A DNA stretch of 52,621 bases, the filler included, from Bipalium vagum (Eukaryota): assembly GCA_037834085.1 (NCBI GenBank). It is 3 parts of 3 records of this genome, joined end to end, with 100 filler letters (N's around TTAATTAATTAA, not from the genome) between each part and the next. Parts side by side here need not be neighbours in the genome. Positions count along the whole stretch, not along the records: positions 34,209 to 52,621 come from JBBMKC010029671.1; 2 more parts are not named here. One strand, written 5' to 3'. Shown one piece after another: positions 36,870 to 50,076 of this stretch. The number at the start of each line of letters is the position of its first letter. Position 1 is the first letter of the stretch. A program made the position numbers and the translations under genes. The notes under the pieces are model-generated. The model had not been told where the DNA came from. It saw only the letters and a list, made by a program, of their open reading frames with translations, and searched no databases.

Positions 36870-37475
36870 ATGCAATCAAGTAGTTGGGGAAATTATCAGG
36901 ATTTAAAGCAAATTAATTCATTTGCAGGGTATCCTCCACCATTGATACCGATTGCAAATTATGATAATTCAATTTCAGGTATAAATTATGAAATATTTTA
37001 TGCTTTAAATAATCTAAGTTTAGATTACATGACCAGTGTATATTTAGTAAGATTTTTGTGAGCTTTATGTCTTATTGAATGCAAATCGTAGCCTCAAAGA
37101 GTTGATATTAATAAATCAATCTCTGTGTCTTGTAGTGATGAAAGAGCAATTAAAACTCTACCAGAATCATATTTTCAAAATATTATGATGTCAAATGCCA
37201 ACCAATCTTTGGGAATTCAAAATATTCCTCGTTTGTATTATTTTTATGATTGAGATCAATATTTGTAAAATTATAGCTCTCAGCTCTTTGGAAATTAAAG
37301 ATGATCTCGGACTGGAGTTAAAACAGAAAGAAAAGGTTTGGTATTATTTCTTTTCAAGATATATTCTCTCTTTTTACTGCTGATAATCTGCTAACATTAT
37401 ATTTCTTTTATATCAACAAATTAGTCCAGACCTTTAAAAAATTTTCAGAAGTCAATTTCCATAATAAGGTCTAAG
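36870..37475 (+). CDS. 5' part of a host gene; exons 36870-36978, 37024-37046, 37092-37230, 37277-37335, 37425-37475 (possible further exon 39038-39076)
   Basis: ATG start and GT-AG introns of 45, 45, 46 and 89 nt, all phase-compatible: MQSSSWGNYQDLKQINSFAGYPPPLIPIANYDNSISDYMTSVYLPQRVDINKSISVSCSDERAIKTLPESYFQNIMMSNANQSLGIQNIPPLSSLEIKDDLGLELKQKEKSRPLKNFQKSISIIRSK. Confidence 0.72.
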
Positions 37476-37809
37476 GTTTGATCTTTTAAATATTCCTTTA
37501 TAAAACGACGTCAATTTATTTTACCCTTGTGGTCATTAAATCAGTAACAATATGAGCAAATCAAAATCATGAATAGACTAAAATAATTTTCAATTCAGCA
37601 CTTGTTTTGATTTTTTATCTTTGTAATTATTCCTTTGATATTTCTTATCTTACAAATATCTCTCCTTATCGTCGGTCCTTTTAAAAATTATTAGGTTTTT
37701 GATCGATTATCATTTCCGTCTTAATAAGATACAATTTCAAAAAAGATTGATTAATTTTTTATTTATTGATTATTATCTAATTCTATTGATAATTAGTAAT
37801 AATTTTTAA

Positions 37810-38080
37810 AAATGTTTTTTTTTCAATTGCTAACGAAATCATTGTGTGGTATACGTTCAAAATTTTTCAACTTGGTTGAAAAAAATTTTATGATTTATTG
37901 GAAATCAATAAATATTGATTTTTCGATGTCGAAAATATTTGTCTGAGAAATGTTTTGAAGACGTGTTTTAGACATTGATAATACAACTGACCGATCATTT
38001 AAGGTAAAGCTCTAAATGGAAACTACGTTTGAAATCAATGAAAGTTATTTCAGAAGTAAAATTGTGCTTTTTCACTCAGA
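37810..38080 (+). mobile_element. Possible second Merlin/ISXO2 remnant
   Basis: 'TFEINESYFRSK' resembles VEIDESYF; otherwise decayed. Confidence 0.35.
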
Positions 38081-39612
38081 AAACACTGACCAAAAATACC
38101 AGACAGTACAAGCACCCAATCCTAAGGCCTTTCACAACTTGAATTAATAATCCATAAAAATCATTTTAACTTTAATTAATTAATCAAGGGGAAATTAAGG
38201 AGAAACACTTTCCCTTTCAACAAAACACATTCAGCACGTCAATCAATTTGTGCTGCCAAATTTTCGCGTATTTCCATTTGACCCTTCAAAATTAGCATTT
38301 CCTTAATAATGTTAATTAATTAATTAATTAATTCTTCTAATTAATATTTTAAGATCATTATTATTGTGTTTTCAATATGAATATTGAAGTGATTATTTTT
38401 TTTTTAACTTTATTTTAATTCTTTTATTCTTTTAATTTTTATTATTATTATTATAATTCATTAAAAATTTCTTGAATTTCAAATGATTTTAATAATTATT
38501 ATTACAATGTCTATTATTAATTAATTAAATATATAAAATATTTTTATTATTTTATAAATTGTTTTATATGTAATTATTATAAATTAAGTTTTTTTATATT
38601 TAAGTATTTTTTTTATTTTTATTTAAGTATTATAAAAGTTTAATAATAATAAAAAATGATTAAAATATTTACTAAAAGTAATTAATTAAAATATATTACA
38701 TTATATTTTTTATTTTACAAAGTAATCGATTTATTATTATTATTTTTTTATTGCTTCATTGTTCTTAATTATTATAATATCTAATTTGTTACATATAATT
38801 TATATATTTTATAATAAATTAATAATAAAATAGATAATTCTATAATAAAAAATTTTTTTATTTTTCTTAATATTTAAAAAAAATTCGATTTAAAATTTAT
38901 TAATTATAATAATATTTATTTTTATTAATTAAATAGTTTTAATTATAAAATGATAATAATAATTTTCTGATTTTTTTAAAAGAAATTGTATATAAATTTA
39001 ATTTTATAATATATTGATACAATATTCTCTGTAACAGGAAAACGCAATGGACATTAGAATGTTGCTTGCAATAGATGTTAAAATTATTTATAATTTATAA
39101 CCAATAAAAATATCCGATTAATCAAATTTTATAAGTTTTTTAGTATTAACATTAGGATGATTTATTAAAGTGATAAATTAATTAATTTTTCAAAACAATT
39201 GATATTTTACAATGTATTTCTTTTTTTCCTGTTTAACTCGTCAAAGAATAAAAAAATATCAATATTCCATTTACGGTAAGAATCAATAGCGTGCGAAACG
39301 AATTGGCGTGTTGAAATTTCTTCTCTTTTCATTTTAATTTTATTTAGTTTTTTCAATTCATTAATATTTACAATCAAATTAAAATCTCTTTTAATTCTCA
39401 CTTAAATTCGTAATCCTTGAAATTGTAATTTGACATCAAATTTTTTAAAAGACTTTTATTCAAACCAATATTGAGTTTTAATTTATTTCAGAGTATAATA
39501 ATAATATTATTATTATTACTTCAATAATTAATTATCTAAGATAACACAGTGGGAAAAATATTTAAAATTCTTAAATTATTCTTTATTGTTATCATTTAAA
39601 TTTATATTAATA

Positions 39613-39680
39613 CAGTGGAACCTCTATATAACGACAGTTTGGTCGTTCCCGAGAGGTGTCGTTATAAAGAGGTTTAACTG
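39613..39680. mobile_element. 68-bp palindromic mini-MITE (Tigger/pogo-type)
   Basis: CAGTGGAACCTCTATATAACGACA ... TGTCGTTATAAAGAGGTTTAACTG, 21/24 inverted match, TA at left. Confidence 0.88.
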
Positions 39681-40228
39681 AATATATTTTTATATTATCT
39701 TATTTTATTTAATGTTTTTCTTTTAAAATAATAATTATCTTTGTTTAAATATTGAAAAACTATAAATATTTAATCTATTTTAAAAAAAATGATTTTTTGA
39801 AATTTTAATTTTTTGGTTAAAACAAATATTATTATTATTATTTCGAAATATTTTATTGGTTTTATAATTTGATGTTTAATTTTGATTGATTTTGTGTTAT
39901 TTTTAAAATATCAATTAGAAATATAATAATCAAAAATTCTTAATAAGTACCTCGATAAAGATTTTTTGGAAATAAAAATTTATAAACTAAGTGTCCAACA
40001 GTTAAAAGCATAACAGATAAGTTTGTTGTATTAACTCAATTAAATTAAAAGAAACAATTAAGTAAACATTTTCATTTAAAGTTTACCACCTTAAATTTCT
40101 TATCTTAAGTTTACTCTGTTTTCCTTTTCGGATTTTTTAATTTTAATGTTTATGAACATCTGTTGCTCATAAAATATAAATTACAAATTCCCAATGACCA
40201 GTTGAATAATTGAATAATTTGATGGGTT

Positions 40229-40498
40229 TTATGGACCACCAACAATTTTCTTTTCTTCGACTGGTGGCGATATTGTTGAAAAGGATTCTGTATTTCCGGA
40301 AAATATTAAAGACTTTTTTCTTTCATTTTTTGTGAACTGATCAAAATTTTTATTGATCAAGTTAATGACACAAAAAGCAAAATCTTCAAATTTGTAATTT
40401 CATCTTTTTTGTACTTTTCAAATATCAAATAATGATACAGACGTTCGACAGAGAAGGAAGGATAATGAAACAGATTTTTTTGAAATGGACTTAGACTG
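40229..40498 (-). CDS. Candidate host exons, hypothetical protein
   Basis: 'SLSPFQKNLFHYPSFSVERLYHYLIFEKYKKDEITNLKILLF' and 'FTKNERKKSLIFSGNTESFSTISPPVEEKKIVGGP' join via a 35-nt GT-AG intron; alternative junctions exist. Confidence 0.45.
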
Positions 40499-40699
40499 CT
40501 AAATCACATTAAGAAATCTTAATTTTATTAACACCGAGAGGTCTCAAATCTAAAATTTTAATTATTTCAGAACCAATAGAAAATTTTCGAACAAATTTAA
40601 ATTGATTAATCTCATTTATACATTTTTATTGAATTTGCAAAAACGTAATTGACGATTTTTAGAACAAACAGAAAACATTAAATTATGAAAATACATGAT

Positions 40700-41075
40700 T
40701 ATTAGCCTTTAACCACATCTGCACTGCTTCCTCTAACTTGCACCATGATCTTTTACCAATGGATATTATTGTAGTAAATCGATTTTTCATCACCAACTGT
40801 TTCAAAAGTAAACTAATTTATTGCGTTTGACAAACAAACAATTCATAGATTTTAAAGTTTTGTTTAATGTTTCTTTCAATAACATGATAAGAAATCTATA
40901 AATCGAGTTTTTCACGTAACCCAAATGCTTGACATGGCTTCTGTTGGTTGCATGTGATACGCTGAGGTTCCTGGCAATGTAATGCGTTGTTTTGTCACGA
41001 TCCTCGATGATTAAATTTTTGATCTGGTAGTCGTTGACATCTAGTGGACAAGTGATTTTAGAAAATAAGTACAAA
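40700..41075 (-). mobile_element. Mariner transposase N-terminal/HTH fragment
   Basis: 'PLDVNDYQIKNLIIEDRDKTTHYIARNLSVSHATNRSHVKHLGYVK', then TVGDEKSIYYNN and KRSWCK. Confidence 0.85.
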
Positions 41076-42351
41076 ATATTATTAAAAGAAAATCGATGTT
41101 TCCAACAATTAAGAGTCGGATAGCATTTATACTTTAAATATTAATCAAGAAAAAGATTTGGAGAAGTGAGGCCTTAGAAATGTGGAATCTTGAAAAATAA
41201 TCTTGGTAAAAGAAGTATTATAGAAGGATATCACAACATTTCTGAACTATTATTAATTTTTTATATGCATAAGAAGTCCACGAGTTCTATTATTTATGTA
41301 AATAAATTATTTTTAAGTCAAATATTCATAAATAACAAATAAAAATGGATTTTGAAAAGGTTGACATAAAATGAAAATAAAATAAAATAATTTATAAATT
41401 TCTGCTCGTGAGGAAAATATGATACTTAATCAATACTGTTCTTCTAAATATCAAATTGTCTTTCTTTAAACTTCTGATAAATATATGAAGTAAAAGGTGT
41501 AACCAGAAGAGCTTTCTGAAAAAGGAATATGAAATTATAACTGTTTAAATAATGTCTACAAAATGTCTAACAATTTTAATTACAAGATAAAACAAATTTA
41601 CAAAGCACATATTGGATTTCGAATCGATTTTGACGAAAATATATTGGGTGCTTAGAAAATTTATAATTCTCAAGTTTCACAAATTACCGAAAACATAAAA
41701 TTTTTCATGGGGTTAGGTTTTTCTATTTAGAAGGTATTTTTAAGCTGCACCCTCAGAATACAATTTCACTTATATCGAATTTAGGATTATTTTTTATTAA
41801 ATATTGGTATATTGCAAAATAAAATAAGATTCTATGTATTGATAAAATAATATTTTATCTAATTAAAATTTTATTAAAAAATAAGAAATTGATATATTTC
41901 ATTTGAAATTAAAATATTGATTAAAAACTAAAATCTAATAATTAGTCGATTTTCAATCAAGAAAGGTACTATTTTGGATACTATTAAAACAATTTAAATG
42001 AAAATATTTTATTTAGTAATATTTATCTAAATGGATATTAATAAAATGTTATCAGTACAGTAAAAGTTAAAATACACATTAATTAAATCCTCATGAATTT
42101 TTTTTTCGAATTTTGAATATAATATTTAGACACTGCCAAAAATCGATTAAATTTTTAACGATTTTATGTTGACTAATCAATGGCACTTTTCAATATTGAA
42201 TTATTGTTGGGCTTCTAAGAATCTAAATTTTAATTTCCTTACATTGAAAAATACATTTTCTGTTACCATTTTTTCCATATAATAAATTTTATTAGAATTC
42301 TTTACGACCAGATTCTAATGATTTTCCTTAAAGACAAATTCAAATCCTTTA

Positions 42352-43628
42352 CATCGCGCCACATTAATTACCGCACCTCGTAAAATAAAAAAATCTTGAT
42401 TATTTTTAAATTGTAATTAAATTTTCATAAAATTGATGAAAGTACAAGATATAAGAACTTATTTGAACAGCATTGTAATTATTAAAGTTAAGTTGTAATT
42501 TAACTAAATTTAATTTGTTTATATAATTCAAAATTATTGTTGACCATAATTAATTGCCGCACTAAATTGAATTTGGATTTTCTTTATCAATTTTAATTTT
42601 ATACTTAAAATTTTTACAATATATAATAAGTGAGAATTAATAATTATAAAAATTATAATTTAAACTGTTTAGTAAATTCTTACCATGCCAAATTTAAGCA
42701 AAATGTACGACATTGAGAAAGGGATGATTAAGGCCTACCACGAAGTCAGAAAATCAAACAGACGGATCGGAAATAAGTTAAACAGAAATGAAAGCTCCAT
42801 AAGATATTATTTGAAAAATGGAGATAGCAAAATCGTAAGCCTGGTCCAAAGACAAAGATTTCGCCCAAAACGAAACGATTGATTATTCGAAAGCCTACAA
42901 TAAATCGATTTCAAACTCGACAATTAAACATGAACTTAACTTAAACTTAAGGAAGGAGACAATCCGCCGTGTTATCAACAATTCCCAAGTCTTAAAATAC
43001 CAAAAATGGTGGTAAAACCAGCACTGAAAGATGAGCACAAATTGAAGCGTATGCAATGGGCGAAAACCAAAGTAGCATGGGGCGACGAATGGAAGCAGGT
43101 GATCTGCAGTGACGAAAAGAAATTTATGTATCCCGTTCAACTATTGAATGGCTAAAAGGCAAAAATATTGAAGTTATGGACAGGCTGCCGTACTCACCGC
43201 ATCTAAATCACATAGAAAACTTATGGGGAGTGTTGGTTCGGAAGGTATATGCTGGTGGAAAGCATTCAATTTGATTGATGAGCTGCGATCGGCAGTTATT
43301 GGCTGTTTGGAAGACATGGATCAATACATCCTGGAAAATTTGGTAACCTCAATGCCAAATAGAATTTATGAGACTATTTATACTCATGGCAGCTCAATAA
43401 ACTTTAAAAATCGATTTTTTGGAAATTGCGAAAATTAATTTTTGTCGGTTTTTTCTTGATATTTTTATTCTTTGCTTAATATAGTTGGTTATATTAAGAA
43501 TTGTTCAATTTTTTTTACATTTGCATTAAGACACTAATAGGTACATTGTGTAAATATTTTGAAAATTTTGAAATCTTTGGAAAAAAGATATCATTTTTTA
43601 AGTGCGGCAATTAATTTTTGGCGAACTG
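42352..43628 (+). mobile_element. Tc1/Tc3-like transposon with deleted, frameshifted transposase (42685-~43410)
   Basis: TA-flanked termini sharing ATTAATT(A/G)CCGCAC. 'IEKGMIKAYHE..SNRRIGNKLNR', 'KPALKDEHKLKRMQWAK..WKQVICSDEKKF', 'PYSPHLNHIENLWGVLVRKVY', 'LVTSMPNRI'. Confidence 0.95.
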
Positions 43629-44896
43629 TATTTAATTTATTGATTAAAAATCAAGAAATTTAGCGAATTTTTCTTCTACAAGCTTTTTTATTCTTATTTT
43701 TCAACCTAAAAAGTTACCAATAATAGTGAATAAAGTAAATAAAATAATTAATATAAATATAATATATAACCAGGCTTATCTTCTGAGAGAAATTTTGACT
43801 TTATAAATGTTAGATTTATTTCTGAATAATTTTTTCAAATTATACATTTTAGAAACCAAGACCAAATCATTGAAAGATATCTTTAAATAATAAGTCAAAA
43901 TCTATTATTTAAAAGAACTGACTTTACTTTATTTCAAAAAACAATTTTTTAATCTATTAATTCACCAATAATAAAATAAATCAATAAAAATTATATGTTC
44001 AAAATATATTATTTAACAAAAAAAAATAAAAATATGATTAAAAAAATTTTTTTTATCTTTAGAGCGATTAGACAAAATAAGTTCAATTTTAATTAATTTC
44101 TTGAAAAAATACTAGTAATCAATATGGAAAACCTCGGATTCTTAAAAAGATTAAATATTTAAAATTAATTCATGGTTTTGTATAAATGTAAAAATAAAAT
44201 CAAATTATAAAAAAATTTAAAAATTGTAAATTATCTATTTTTAAATACTGATTGAAAATAATATAAAAATAAAATAGGTCATTTCTTTTCTTAATACCTG
44301 GCATGTTTAAAATAAATATTAATAAGTTATCGATTTTAATTAATTTTTTATATTTTTTCTATTAGATGTATATCACACACTTTTTGTGGTGAATCTTAGT
44401 TATTTAAAATTGATTTTCAATGATTTTAAAAGAAAGAAATAACTGTAAAATTAATTTTTGTGAAGATGAAATAGAAAAAAATGTTTAAGTTTATCACCAG
44501 AATGTATTTTTTTTGTCAAATATTTCATATAAATTAAAATTTTTCGATTATTTTTTTAAAATAATGTTCATATAATGCATTATATACATGTATATATTAA
44601 TTCATATATTAAAAAGGTTTCAAATTAAAATAAACTTTATTTTCGACCAAATAAACATTAAATTTATAAATGTTAAAAGTAAATTCTGAGTTAATAAAAT
44701 TTCCTAGAGAAAATTTCAGGATTTAAGTAGGTATTAATAACTTGCTTGAACAAACTGAACTTAAACGTCATTTTTCTTTAAAAACTATATATCAATAGCC
44801 TTTTGTGAAAAAGTATTTTATAAAATTAAAAAAAATTTTTATCGTGCAAAAAAGATTACTATCAAAATTTTAAAAATTAAAAAATTATTATTAATA

Positions 44897-44926
44897 TTGG
44901 GTTGGCAACTAAGTTCGTGCTTTTTT
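44897..44926 (+). mobile_element. Solo mariner-type TIR
   Basis: TA|TTGGGTTGGCAACTAAGTTCGTGC. Confidence 0.5.
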
Positions 44927-45354
44927 TAATATAAAAATTTTTCAAACTAATATATTAAAAATATCTTATTTCAATTGTTGTTTTAATAATTAAATCTTGT
45001 TAGCGGCAAAAGGTCATTCTTAACTATGGTGAACATATCATTGATTAAAACTGTTTTTATCAATAAATAATATTAATGAAGTCAATAATAATGAAGAAAA
45101 AGATCAATAATCTTCAGTACAGTTTTAAATAAAAATGATTTAGAATAAAATATTAAAGTTGACTAAAGATGATCTGAAAGAAAAAGATCTAAAGATGTAT
45201 GGAAGTAGTGTTATCAAAATTAAATAATGAATTAAGAAAATGTTTCAAAATGAACTAAGACTAAAGTATTTTTGTATTGAATTTTCTTAGAATTTAAGTA
45301 TTATTGATCAATCGAATTTCAAGTTAATCATAAATATTAATTAATTAAATTGAT

Positions 45355-45485
45355 TTTATTATTATTATTAATATTATTAATAATATTATATTTAATATTA
45401 ATATTAAATAATATTAATATAATTATAATATTAATATTATTATTATTTATTAATATTAATATTAATAATAATAATATTATTATTC
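45355..45485. repeat. Pure A/T low-complexity tract
   Basis: ~130 nt with no G or C; mixed ATT/AAT units. Confidence 0.85.
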
Positions 45486-46160
45486 AATGTGTATAATGAG
45501 TGATTCGAACAATTAGTTTGTTTGAATTTTTTAAAATAAGGAAAGCCTAAATTCACAATTATTAAGTTTTAATTTAAAGTTTTAAAAAAATTATAATGTT
45601 ACGTTTTATTAAATTTAAAAATAAATGTCGGTTAATTTTAAAAAATAAATATTTTAATTTTAATAAAAGGTGAGGTCCAAGTTTGAAAAGTTTGTTTGAT
45701 TAATTGGATTTAATGAAAAAATATCATTATTATTGCTTTAATTTTGAATTCTTATTTACAAGTGACTACACAAGAATATAACTATGCGAATTTTAAAAAT
45801 TTTTCGAAAACATTATTGAAAAAATTTTTGTTCCTTGATTTATTTAAATTATTTAACACTTAAAATTTTCTATTATTATAATATAAAATATAAGTCATTT
45901 GTGAATAGGTAAATTTTGTTCAAAGTTCGATTACTTATTTTTCCTTACTATGCTTTGTAGAATTTTGTTTCTAAGTTTAACCATTATTGATTTTACTTGA
46001 TTTTCCCTAACCTTTTCGATTTCCGGAAATGACTGTATTAAACTTTATGTTGAACAGAGAAAAAACTTTTTTCAGATTTTTTAATTGACTCAAAATATCT
46101 TTCATAAACTGATGTCAGTTTAATTTCTCTCATATCTCATAAACTACGTTAATTCATTCA

Positions 46161-46203
<43 letters not shown>

Positions 46204-47338
46204 TGTACACAGATTTATGTGAAAACCTTTGAAATTATATGAAAATTTTATTTGTTATTATTATTATTAATTATATAATGAAAAACGTACATATTACAGC
46301 CATCTTCATTTTCTTATTTTTTGTAATTGTCGGCTTATGTTTTACTTTGATTTAAAAAGAAAAATACTAAACAAATCACAGTGACAAAGGAACTTATAAT
46401 CTTTAAGAAGCTAACACTTATTAAGTGACTGGTGAAAAGATATTATTTGGAGGATATATTGAAATATAATCTCATTTCGACACAAATAACTTAAACTAAT
46501 TAAGCTTTTAATTTCAGATTATTTAAATTTAAAGCGGGTTTAAGTGAGGATTAAGTTTATATTTAACATTTTAAACATTGTTAAGCAACGTGGAATCCTT
46601 ATAATACCTAAATCATTAAGTAATAATAATCCGACACTTCAATAACCATTGATTTCAAATTTTCACAAATAAGAATATAATTCAATAATTTATCTTTCCC
46701 TCTTAATTTATCTACTTTCAGGATTCAAACAATGTCTTATCTGTTATTTCCTCTTACAGAACAATTAATGTGATGTACATTTTATTAATATTAATATTAT
46801 ATTATGTTTATTGTTTTCCTTATTATTATTATTGATAGTTCATTGTGTAAAATTTTACTAATTTTCATTATTTTTGTAATAGAAAAAAAAACTTACATTC
46901 ATTTAAATTCAGTAGGTCATTTAAAACTTTAAGAACCTAAGTTTTTTATGAATCGAAAATATTGTATTAATTCCTAACTGTAATTCATGAGAAAGTTGGT
47001 GTTTGAATAAGAAACAACTCGTAAACCATGGACATATATTCAAAACCCATTGGGATTCAATTCATATCTTTACAATAAATGTTTTTATTTATCTACAATG
47101 TGTCGCTTTTACTCGATTTATCACAAAAAATGATATTTTCTCATTTTACCATTTAACTTTTGTAATGTCTTAGATATTGTCATTAGAAACAAAGTACATT
47201 GGCAACTTCAATTTTTTAATGAGAATGACCAATTAGTTACACACGAATAATGAAATTCTTAATAAGAGATGTGACAATGGCTTTATATATTTACATCTTT
47301 CCCGTAGAACACATCAAATATCAAATATATTTTATATA

Positions 47339-47913
47339 TTAGGTGGTTCAGAAAGTTTTGTACGTTTTTTGTACATTGATTTTACAGCATAATCCAGCCG
47401 AAACAAAAGTTTTATTGATTAAAATAAAACCCATTAACGTTTACACATTTTTGCCAACGTGTTGGTAGATTTTCCATTCCTATGCCATAGAATTCGGTAG
47501 ACCTTGATCCAATGAACTGTTCAAATTTCCTTTTCAGTATGTCTTCGTTCTGAAATCTTTTTCCATTCAAATAATTTGTAAATTTTTGAATAAATGGAAA
47601 TCAGTTAACAAAATATCGGGTGTATTCAGTGGATGTGGCGGAATTTCATAATTTAGACTTTTCAGCTTATCCGTAGTTGCTTTGCTATGTGCAGACGGGC
47701 ATTGTCATGTAATAAAATTGGGCCTTTTCTGTTGATCAATTTTCATTACATTCTTTTCAACTTTTCTGGCATATAATTTTCTTGGCAGTATTTCTCTTCT
47801 ATTATCTTTTTAATGCTATATAATATTAAATATTCTTTAAATAAGTTATTTGAATTATTTACAATTTTAATGTATATAAACAAAAAACGAGAAAGAATTT
47901 CTGAACAACCTAA
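47339..47913 (-). mobile_element. Internally deleted mariner, both TIRs
   Basis: TA-flanked TTAGGTGGTTCAGAAA / TTTCTGAACAACCTAA. 'LINRKGPILLHDNAR', 'DFHLFKNL', 'GMENLPTRWQKCVNVNGFYF'. Confidence 0.93.
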
Positions 47914-48752
47914 TATTATGAATATTACATGTTAATAATTTAAAGTAACACAGTTAAATGAAAATTAGAATTTAGCAGTTAAATAATATTATTCGTAAAT
48001 CTACTAATTTAATTATGAAAATATTTCCTTTACCAAATGAAATTCGTTAAAAATAATAAATTTATTCATTTATTTGTCAAATTTATAATTAAAAAATTGA
48101 CTAATTATTATTTTCTTCTCACATGTTTCCCAATTTTTGATGAAAAATATTTCTATTAATGAAAATTTATTATCTTTCGTTTTCTTAAAAGTTTAATACA
48201 AATAATATCTTTCGGTCTTATATAAATTATAAAAATTGATAATGAGTGAGTATAATGAAGCAGTGAAAATAATTATCATTTATCATAATAATTAAAAATG
48301 TATTATTTTTTGGATTTTTTATAATTTAAAATTGTTTAACTTGTAACTTTCATAAAACAATAATTCGTGTAAATAATAATAATAATTCTGAGGCAATAAA
48401 AGTACAAAATTTCAACTAACTCAAATATATTTATTGTCTATGAAATTGATTTTTAGGAGAACATATTAATATCAATATATCTAGAATTTTCCAATCATAA
48501 ATAAATATGAAATGTGAATAATTGATTTATTCAAAATTAATTATTTTTCATATCGAAATTTTCTTAATAGATTATTTTATTCTCCTATTTATTTCACAAT
48601 CAATTAAAAAAATACACTTACCAATATAGACTTAGCAATTAATTTTTCAAGAAATTTTTAGAAATAAAATTTTTGAATTTATTAAATTTATTTTATTTTT
48701 CAAAATCCAAATAGAATTGATAAGTCCACCCATTCAATATAAGGAGCTTATA

Positions 48753-49926
48753 TACTCATTTTCAATAAAAGTGCACCACTTATTATTTTAACGAATTTCA
48801 TCGGAATTAGATATTCACATTTTTATATGCATATCATTTTCATAGGAAAATAAATAATTCATAAATGATAAGTAATCGCATCACATCGAGCTATGTGAAT
48901 GGAATAAGAAAAACACATTTCATCAAACAATATGAATTTGAAAAAGATCGAAAAGGAGGACTTCATGAATGTGGAATAAGTTTCAGAAAAATCCCTAGTC
49001 GTTAGGGAAAAAATCATTCTACTACTATTAGAAGCATGGAATGTGGAGTGTGAGGATGACTTGTAGTATCATTTCAATGGCAGTGGACAACACCTTCATC
49101 TACTATCTATCAGAGACAAATTTATGTCGATGACAAAAATTCACATAATTTGGAAAATGTACCTCTGTAAAAAGATGCTTCTACCATTACATTTCAAAGA
49201 TTGATTAGTATTGGCTGGCGCTCAAACCGTTCAAAGCGATGTTTACCTTTCAAATTACAACATAAAACCTCAAGACTTAGCTAGTATTAAGAAAGATTAA
49301 ATTGTAATGGCAAATGAAATGACTTCATTTTTAGTGATGAATCAAGATTGTGTTTATAGAAACTTGGCGGTGAGGCGTTGTCGTGGTGAACAACAAAATG
49401 TTGGCTTGATGTTACCAAGTCACAAGAGGGTTGGTAACTCTCACCAGACCTGGGATTATAGTATGGGGTTCCCTGTTTTTGATTCCCTTCACTCATTGTA
49501 TTTACCAGATAGTGTCTTCTAACAAGACAATGCAAGATTGCATACCTTTAATATAACTGGAAAGTTTTTGCAAGAATCAGAAGTGTAAAAAGCAACTTCG
49601 TCAGCATGTTATCTCTTATTGAATATGTGTGGGATATCTTGGGTCGTCAGGTACGATATTTTCTTGGTACTCTTAAACATTGGAGGACTTAAATATCATC
49701 TTCAACAAATATGAAACGACATCTCAAGTGGAAATAAATCTTCTAATTAATAGTATTCCAAGAGGAATCCAAGATTGTGTCGTAAGACGCGGTGTCGCCA
49801 TTGATTGACATTTCTACATATTTTCAATATACATTTATTTATTTTACGCAATTTGGTCCAATATATCTTTTCACTTTATTTGTTCACTTTTAATTTTTGA
49901 GTGTTGCATTTTATTCAAAACAGTTG
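48753..49926 (+). mobile_element. Degenerate Tc1-like element
   Basis: Imperfect TIRs (..TTTTCAATAAAAGTGCA / TGCATTTTATTCAAAA..). 'EFEKDRKGGLHECGISFRKI', 'FSDESRLCL', 'QDNARLHT', 'IEYVWDILGRQV', 'LINSIPRGIQDCV'. Confidence 0.9.
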
Positions 49927-50076
49927 TAGAATGAACCTTTCCGTTTTAAAAAAAATAATTTAAATTGTTCCAAAAAATTAATTATTAAACTAAATTTATT
50001 TATTTATTCGCTAATTGACATTTTCCCTATATATTGAAAAATTCACATTCCGTTTGTGTTGCTCTGTGATAATCAC

